A stretch of DNA of 64,000 nucleotides from Syntrophomonadaceae bacterium (GTDB lineage: Bacteria > Bacillota > Syntrophomonadia > Syntrophomonadales > Syntrophomonadaceae), in NCBI GenBank assembly GCA_012522955.1, contig JAAYJK010000026.1:1637-65636 (forward strand). The letters run 5' to 3'. Below the pieces are notes generated by a model. The model did not search any database. It was not told where the DNA came from and saw only the letters and a list, made by a program, of their open reading frames with translations. Position numbers and translations under genes: made by a program. This document shows positions 58,389 through 64,000 of the stretch, piece by piece (position 1 is the first letter of the stretch; the number at the start of each line of letters is the position of its first letter).

Positions 58389-59375
58389 TTAGCCAAACTG
58401 GTTCAATATCCGGGCCGCATCTTTAGCAGCATAAGTAAGAATAATATCTGCGCCTGCTCTTTTGATAGAGGTTAGAATTTCTATCATTACCCGGTCCCCA
58501 TCCAGCCATCCGTTATGGGCTGCAGCTTTTACCATGGAATATTCACCACTGACATTGTAGGCGGATACCGGACAATCAAAACGTTCTTTCACCGCTCTGA
58601 TTACATCCAGGTAAGCAAGGGCGGGCTTGACCATAACCAGGTCAGCCCCTTCCTCAATATCCAGCTCCACCTCTCTTAAGGCTTCTCGGATATTGGCCGG
58701 GTCCATCTGATGGGTCCTTCTATCTCCGAACTGGGGAGTTGAATCAGCCGCATCGCGAAAAGGTCCATAAAAACCGGAGGCGTATTTGGCCGCATAAGAC
58801 ATTATAGGCATATTACTAAAAGAATTCTCATCCAAGCATTGACGAATAAAAGCTATACGCCCATCCATCATATCCGATGGAGCTACCATGTCACAACCGG
58901 CCTGAGCATGTGATAAGGCCTCCCGGGCCAGGAGTTCCAGAGTAGCATCATTGTTTATAGTTCCATCTGCATCTACTACTCCACAATGGCCATGATCGGT
59001 GTATTCACACATACAAACATCAGTAATTACTACTATTTCAGGACTGCAGTCCTTAATTAAGCGAATAGCCTGTTGTACCACGCCCTGATCCTGAAATGCA
59101 CTGCTGCCGATACTATCCTTATGCTCCGGAATACCGAATAGTATAACAGCTGGAATACCTAGCTCTTCAATTTCCTTTATTTCCTGTTTAAGTCTATGAT
59201 CCACTGAAAACTGATACACTCCCGGCATGGACTTAATGGGATTCTGCTGATCCCGCCCATGAATTACAAATAAGGGATAAATAAAATCATTAACAGAAAT
59301 AGTAGTTTCTTGTACCATTCTGCGCAGGGTTGCACTGCTTCGCATTCTACGCATCCGGTTAATTGGAAATGCCAT
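58389..59375 (-). CDS. hemB: porphobilinogen synthase
   Basis: 328 aa with the Zn motif '[14 protein letters not shown]' and 'VMVKPA'. Confidence 0.95.
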   Translation of the reverse strand: MAFPINRMRRMRSSATLRRMVQETTISVNDFIYPLFVIHGRDQQNPIKSMPGVYQFSVDHRLKQEIKEIEELGIPAVILFGIPEHKDSIGSSAFQDQGVVQQAIRLIKDCSPEIVVITDVCMCEYTDHGHCGVVDADGTINNDATLELLAREALSHAQAGCDMVAPSDMMDGRIAFIRQCLDENSFSNMPIMSYAAKYASGFYGPFRDAADSTPQFGDRRTHQMDPANIREALREVELDIEEGADLVMVKPALAYLDVIRAVKERFDCPVSAYNVSGEYSMVKAAAHNGWLDGDRVMIEILTSIKRAGADIILTYAAKDAARILNQFG

Positions 59376-59431
59376 AAATTCTCACCTCGCTTAATCCTGA
59401 ACCTATGATCTAAGGGTACAGTGGTATTTTA

Positions 59432-60973
59432 CTACAGACTCTCTTCCTGCTGCTGGCCTGAAGCATCTATTATAATGGCATCAAGCAGTCCATCGATGGT
59501 ATATTGGCCAGCAACAATATCTACTGAAAAACCCATTTCTCTGGCTTTATCGGCCGTAATCGGTCCTATACAGGCAATTTTTGCCCATGAATTGATGAGT
59601 CCGGCAATATCCCTGCCCATAATCTCTACAAAGTTACTAACCGTAGAAGAACTGGTAAAAGTTATGTAATCAATCTCTCCTGATTTTATTACATCGGCTA
59701 GGAAGGGGTTCTTTCCGCTACTCAATGCAGCCTGGTACAGGTGTATTTCATCAACCTCAAGCCCCCATTCTACAAGGGTATCCGGCAATATGCTTCTTGC
59801 TCCCTTAGCCCTGGGCAGCAAAACTCTTTGTCCTTTCAGTGCCAACCCATTTAAGGTATCCAAAACCCCTTCCGCCCGGTATTCCTCCGGCATAGCCTCG
59901 ACCCTCAAACCCCGGGCTTCCAGCTTCTGGCGGGTAACTGGACCAATGGCGGCTATATTTACTCCTTTTAGCTCTCTGATATCTATCTGGTCTAAATCCA
60001 TCTGCCCAAAAAATATATCTATCGCATTTACACTGGTAAATATAATCCAGTCGTATTGCTTGATCTCCTTTAAGGCCTTTTTTAAAGGATTCAAATTGAC
60101 AGCTTTTTGAATTTCTATAGTGGGAAATTCCAGCGGGGTGCCTCCCAGCTCTCTTATTTTTTGCACCAGTACACTGGCCTGAGCCCGGGAACGAGTAACT
60201 ACTATCCGTTTGCCCCACAAGGGTTTCTTTTCTAACCAGCTTAATTTATTTCTTAAGTCAACCACTTCGCCAACCACAATTACTGCCGGTGGTTGAAAAT
60301 TTACTTCTTTTACTCGCTGCACAATATTATCCAGAGTCCCGGTTAATACCTCCTGTTTAGGTAATGTCCCCCACCTTATCAAGGCTACCGGGGTATCAGC
60401 TGCCCTGCCGTTTTCCATCAAGCTGGAAGATATAAAATCCAGGTTTTCTATCCCCATTAAAAAAACCAGGGTACCAATCCCTGTGGATATTCCTTTCCAG
60501 TTAATGGAACTATCCTTTTTGCCCGGCTTTTCATGTCCGGTAATAATAGCCAAACTGGAAGTAGCATCCCGATGAGTAACCGGTATACCTGCATAAGCGG
60601 GTACTGCTATAGCGGAGGTAATACCGGGAACCACTTCATAATCCAATCCCTGCTCCCGGATGTAGAGCGCCTCTTCTCCTCCTCGCCCAAATAAAAAAGG
60701 ATCTCCGCCTTTTAGTCGCACCACTCGTTTGCCTTCTCTGGCTTTTCGCACCAACAGGGCATTTATTTCATCCTGGGATAGAGCATGACGCCCTGACTCC
60801 TTGCCAACATAGATTAATTCGGCTTCAGGAGAAGCATAGGCGATAATTTCCTCTCCCACCAGACGATCATATACTACCACCTGCCCCTGCTCCAGTAGCA
60901 TTTTCCCTTTAATGGTGAATAAGCCCGGATCACCAGGTCCGGCACCAATTAAATATATTTTACCTTTCTTCAT
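59432..60973 (-). CDS. cobA-hemD: uroporphyrinogen-III C-methyltransferase / uroporphyrinogen-III synthase fusion
   Basis: 513 aa. The N-terminal 'IGAGPGDPGLFT' SUMT domain is followed by a HemD-like C-terminal half. Confidence 0.9.
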   Translation of the reverse strand: MKKGKIYLIGAGPGDPGLFTIKGKMLLEQGQVVVYDRLVGEEIIAYASPEAELIYVGKESGRHALSQDEINALLVRKAREGKRVVRLKGGDPFLFGRGGEEALYIREQGLDYEVVPGITSAIAVPAYAGIPVTHRDATSSLAIITGHEKPGKKDSSINWKGISTGIGTLVFLMGIENLDFISSSLMENGRAADTPVALIRWGTLPKQEVLTGTLDNIVQRVKEVNFQPPAVIVVGEVVDLRNKLSWLEKKPLWGKRIVVTRSRAQASVLVQKIRELGGTPLEFPTIEIQKAVNLNPLKKALKEIKQYDWIIFTSVNAIDIFFGQMDLDQIDIRELKGVNIAAIGPVTRQKLEARGLRVEAMPEEYRAEGVLDTLNGLALKGQRVLLPRAKGARSILPDTLVEWGLEVDEIHLYQAALSSGKNPFLADVIKSGEIDYITFTSSSTVSNFVEIMGRDIAGLINSWAKIACIGPITADKAREMGFSVDIVAGQYTIDGLLDAIIIDASGQQQEESL

Positions 60974-61908
60974 TAACTTGCTCCCGTGTGCTTTATTTCA
61001 TCCAGTATGAAGCCGGCTCCTGCATCCAAGAGGGACTGACCCAAATTGCGACCCAATTCTGCCGCTTGGCTAGGCTTGCCAATCATCTCCATGCTAATAA
61101 GCTTCTGTCCGTCCAGAGAGGCTACCAGACCCTGAATCCTTAATTCCTGGCCTTTTAAATCAGCTATGGCTGCTACGGGAACCTGGCATCCCCCTTCCAG
61201 CCTGGCTAGAAAACTTCTTTCAGCTTCCACCTGGACCCGGGTGGGTTCGTGATTGATTTTCTTCACTATTTCCAGCACGTCCAAATCCCCGACTCTGTTC
61301 TCAACTGCAATAGCTCCCTGTCCCACTGCCGGCATCAACAAATCATAACTCAGACATTCGCTGATTAGGCTTTCATATCCCAACCTTTTTACTCCGGCAT
61401 AGGCCAGTACGATACCATCCATCTCCTCTTCCTGCATCTTCCTGATCCTGGTTTCTACATTACCCCTTAATTCCACTATTTTAATATCAGGCCTATAATG
61501 CTTTATTTGCGCTTTTCGGCGCAGACTTGAGGTACCGATCACTGCTCCAATAGGTAAATCTTTCAATTTTTGATTAAACTTACTGATTAGTACATCCTGG
61601 GGATTTTCTCGGGGCAGAACCGCTCCTATACCCAAACCAGCCTCTATTTGAGATGGCAGGTCTTTCATGCTATGCACTGCTATATCTATAGTGCCATCTA
61701 AAAGCTTTTTTTCAATCTCCTTGGTAAATAAACCTTTATCGCCTATTTTGGATAGGGCAACATCCAAAATCTTGTCTCCGGTAGTCTTGATTACCTGAAT
61801 TTCCACTCTAAGGTCAGGAACTGCCAAAGTCAGGACTTGCTTAACGTACTCGGCCTGCCACAGAGCCAACTTGCTGCCACGGCTGCCCAATCTCAACTTC
61901 TCCAACAT
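60973..61908 (-). CDS. hemC: hydroxymethylbilane synthase
   Basis: 311 aa with 'LGSRGSKLALWQA' and 'GNVETR'. Confidence 0.95.
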   Translation of the reverse strand: MLEKLRLGSRGSKLALWQAEYVKQVLTLAVPDLRVEIQVIKTTGDKILDVALSKIGDKGLFTKEIEKKLLDGTIDIAVHSMKDLPSQIEAGLGIGAVLPRENPQDVLISKFNQKLKDLPIGAVIGTSSLRRKAQIKHYRPDIKIVELRGNVETRIRKMQEEEMDGIVLAYAGVKRLGYESLISECLSYDLLMPAVGQGAIAVENRVGDLDVLEIVKKINHEPTRVQVEAERSFLARLEGGCQVPVAAIADLKGQELRIQGLVASLDGQKLISMEMIGKPSQAAELGRNLGQSLLDAGAGFILDEIKHTGAS

Positions 61909-63184
61909 TCATTTCCTCCATATCCACTGATAAATCAAACAGCTTTTTGCTTACCTCAGCATATAGATGTCCCTGGTTGCTGCAGGCCATTTCTTTTAAA
62001 CTAACCATGGGATGATGCAAGAGCTGGTTGATAATGTTGTTGGCCAGGGTGGATACCACCTTTTTCTCGTGCTCGCTCAGATCCACTCTGTTAAAGGCCC
62101 GTTTTAGTTCCTGGTTCTTTATTATCTCGGCTTTTTCTTTCAGAGCCGAGATTACTGGCACCACATACAAAGACGCCAATTTCTCATTGAATTTATCCAG
62201 CTCTTCCTGAATTATTTTCTCGGCCTGGCGCGAAGCTTTTTTACGCTCCAGATAGTTTACATCTATTACATGTTGCAGCTTATCTATATCATAAATCTGT
62301 ACCCCGTCTATCTTGGCCAAGACCGGGTCCACATCACGGGGAACCGCAATATCAATTATTATTATTCTCCGCCCCTGCCTGGCCTTGAGTATGTCCCCAC
62401 AGTTTTGGCTGTTCAAGACATAATGGTTGGCCGCCGTACAGCTGATTACAATATCCGCTTGTCCCAACTGAGCCGGCAATTGATCAAAGCGTACCGCCTG
62501 ACCCGAAAACAATTGGGCCATGGCCTCAGCCTTGGCATAGGAACGATTGGATACAATAACCGAACTTAATCCATATTCCATGAGATAGCGAGTAGTTAAC
62601 TCACTCATTTCACCGGCCCCGACCACTACTACACTTTTGCCCTGCAAACTGCCCAGCTGACTGCGAGCCAGCTCAACTGCCACCGAACTAACTGAAATGG
62701 GATGCCGATCTATATCAGTTTCACTACGAACTCTTTTACCCACATTTATAGCCTGCTGGAACAGAGTGTTCAACACCCCATCGGATGCTTTTTCCTCTCT
62801 AGCCATTTGATAAGCTTCTTTAACCTGACCCAGAATTTGAGATTCTCCCAGAATCATGGAATCAAGTCCCGAAGCTACCCGAAACAGGTTTAAAATGGCA
62901 TCATAACAATTGGGCTGATACAAATACTGTTTCATTTCCTCCCGGGTAAACTGAGAAAACCCATCCATAAATTGGCTTAAAGCCTCCATACCCAACTGAA
63001 TATCCCGGGCTGTAGCATAGACCTCGGTACGATTACAGGTGTGGAGTATTACTGCTCCTTCCAGGTTTTCCTTCTGCCTTAAGTATTCATATGCTTGATT
63101 AATAGCCCCGCCGGTAAACGCTAATTTTTCGCGAATTTCCACCGGCGCGGTACGATGGTTTATTCCAACCAATAAGACATACAT
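61841..63184 (-). CDS. hemA: glutamyl-tRNA reductase
   Basis: 447 aa with 'GINHRTAPVEIREK' and 'ILHTCNRTEVY'. Confidence 0.95.
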   Translation of the reverse strand: MYVLLVGINHRTAPVEIREKLAFTGGAINQAYEYLRQKENLEGAVILHTCNRTEVYATARDIQLGMEALSQFMDGFSQFTREEMKQYLYQPNCYDAILNLFRVASGLDSMILGESQILGQVKEAYQMAREEKASDGVLNTLFQQAINVGKRVRSETDIDRHPISVSSVAVELARSQLGSLQGKSVVVVGAGEMSELTTRYLMEYGLSSVIVSNRSYAKAEAMAQLFSGQAVRFDQLPAQLGQADIVISCTAANHYVLNSQNCGDILKARQGRRIIIIDIAVPRDVDPVLAKIDGVQIYDIDKLQHVIDVNYLERKKASRQAEKIIQEELDKFNEKLASLYVVPVISALKEKAEIIKNQELKRAFNRVDLSEHEKKVVSTLANNIINQLLHHPMVSLKEMACSNQGHLYAEVSKKLFDLSVDMEEMNVGEVEIGQPWQQVGSVAGRVR

Positions 63185-63801
63185 TGAGTAACCTTCTCCC
63201 TCGCCTTTTCTTTTTCCCCAGCCTTGAGCAAATCAAGTACATCTGAATAAACCAATTCTTCAAATATCTGCTTGCGGACTTCAATATCCTCAATGCGTTC
63301 TTTAATTAATTCCCTCTGCTCTCCTAATATATCAGCAAATTCACCATAAGCAGGAGTTATTAATTCTTCCAGCTCCCGGCGCAGCCGGCGTGCAAAAGCC
63401 GGACTTTTCCCCCCCGTAGAAATAGCCAGTACCAGTGAATTGCGTTTCAAGATAGACGGAACATAAAAATCACAATGAGGTGGATCATCCACCGCATTAA
63501 CCAGGATCCCCCGTTCCCGGCATATTTTGCTCAATTCCGCATTTAGCTGATTATTATCAGTAGCAACAAAGACCATAAAAACGTCTTCCAGATCCGAAGC
63601 CGTAAATTCCCTCTGATATAGCTGTATCAATCCTTGATGTGCCCAGTATTTGATCTTGTCTTCTATCCCCAGGCTTATCACCTGTATAGAACAATCGTAA
63701 TCCAATAGCTGTTCTATTTTCCGTTCAGCTACTTTACCTCCTCCGACTATGAGACAATTTCTATCATTAAGATCAATATAAACCGGGTATAAATTCTTCA
63801 T
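63160..63801 (-). CDS. sirC: precorrin-2 dehydrogenase / sirohydrochlorin ferrochelatase (SirC/CysG N-terminal type)
   Basis: 'CLIVGGGKVAERK'. Start set to the ATG at 63801, 5 nt after GGGGG. Confidence 0.85.
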   Translation of the reverse strand: MKNLYPVYIDLNDRNCLIVGGGKVAERKIEQLLDYDCSIQVISLGIEDKIKYWAHQGLIQLYQREFTASDLEDVFMVFVATDNNQLNAELSKICRERGILVNAVDDPPHCDFYVPSILKRNSLVLAISTGGKSPAFARRLRRELEELITPAYGEFADILGEQRELIKERIEDIEVRKQIFEELVYSDVLDLLKAGEKEKAREKVTQCMSYWLE

Positions 63802-63819
63802 CACTACCCCCAGACTTAT

Positions 63820-63843
63820 TAAAAAAGGCCTGAAGCCAGACCT
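63820..63843 (-). terminator. terminator downstream of tatA
   Basis: Minus-strand AGGTCT-GGCTTC-AGGCCT followed by TTTTTT, starting 5 nt after the tatA stop. Confidence 0.6.
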
Positions 63844-63848
63844 ATTAA

Positions 63849-64000
63849 CTATTCATTCTTCTTCTCTGCCAGTTCGTCTATATCTTCATCTTTGGCTTTT
63901 CTGAAGTTTTGCAGAGCCTTTCCCACTGACTGCCCTACCTGCGGCAGCTTGCCTGGACCAACTATTATCAAAACGATAAGCAAAACCAGTGCTAGTTCCC
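63849..64000 (-). CDS. tatA: twin-arginine translocase TatA/E (5' end outside the window)
   Basis: My own translation of the minus strand gives ...ELALVLLIVLIIVGPGKLPQVGQSVGKALQNFRKAKDEDIDELAEKKNE*. This shows the TM helix plus 'GPGKLP' hinge typical of TatA. Confidence 0.85.
   Translation of the reverse strand, partial: ELALVLLIVLIIVGPGKLPQVGQSVGKALQNFRKAKDEDIDELAEKKNE

Overview
This window looks like a core chromosomal segment of an endospore-forming, anaerobic Firmicute (Clostridia type). That assignment is an inference from gene content: spoIVA, spoIIP, bofC, spmAB, ytfIJ, fhs, EtfAB with a membrane Fe-S oxidoreductase, and a siroheme-dependent heme pathway. I support about 65 protein genes, almost all on the minus strand. 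The only plus-strand coding is at 252-1696, 4832-5746 and 46393-47372.

Functional blocks, left to right:
- DUF2726 and EEP nuclease-like pair
- folE and fhs
- spmAB, ytfIJ, scpAB
- an 894-aa DHH-CBS-poly(A) polymerase fusion
- secDF, yajC, tgt, queA, queH
- ruvCAB
- bofC, spoIVA
- gpsA, plsY, der
- an uncharacterised radical-SAM(DUF512)/DUF3189 x2/YIEGIA cluster
- spoIIP
- fni, mobA, an ispH-S1 fusion, plsC, cmk
- an 871-aa flavodiiron-rubredoxin-NROR-rubredoxin fusion
- aroF, a C-N hydrolase, aroH with a hutP homolog
- rluB
- etfBA plus an HdrD-like membrane oxidoreductase
- a hem/ahb operon (sirC-hemA-hemC-cobA/hemD-hemB-rSAM-ahbAB-hemL)
- a partial tatA

By eye I found no rRNA, tRNA, CRISPR array, transposase, integrase or phage genes, and no clear defence or mobile island. 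I consider the region mostly ordinary housekeeping and sporulation DNA.

The items most worth a second look are:
- the conserved but functionally unknown rSAM/DUF3189/YIEGIA cluster upstream of der
- a candidate plus-strand small RNA (consensus -35 plus a one-directional terminator) inside the 40-kb minus-strand block
- a 62-nt perfect palindrome between spoIVA and bofC
- a REP-like repeat pair
- several multi-domain fusions
- an orphan hutP next to aroH
- a few long ORF-free leaders

All family assignments come from motif recognition by eye. No searches or folding programs were run.
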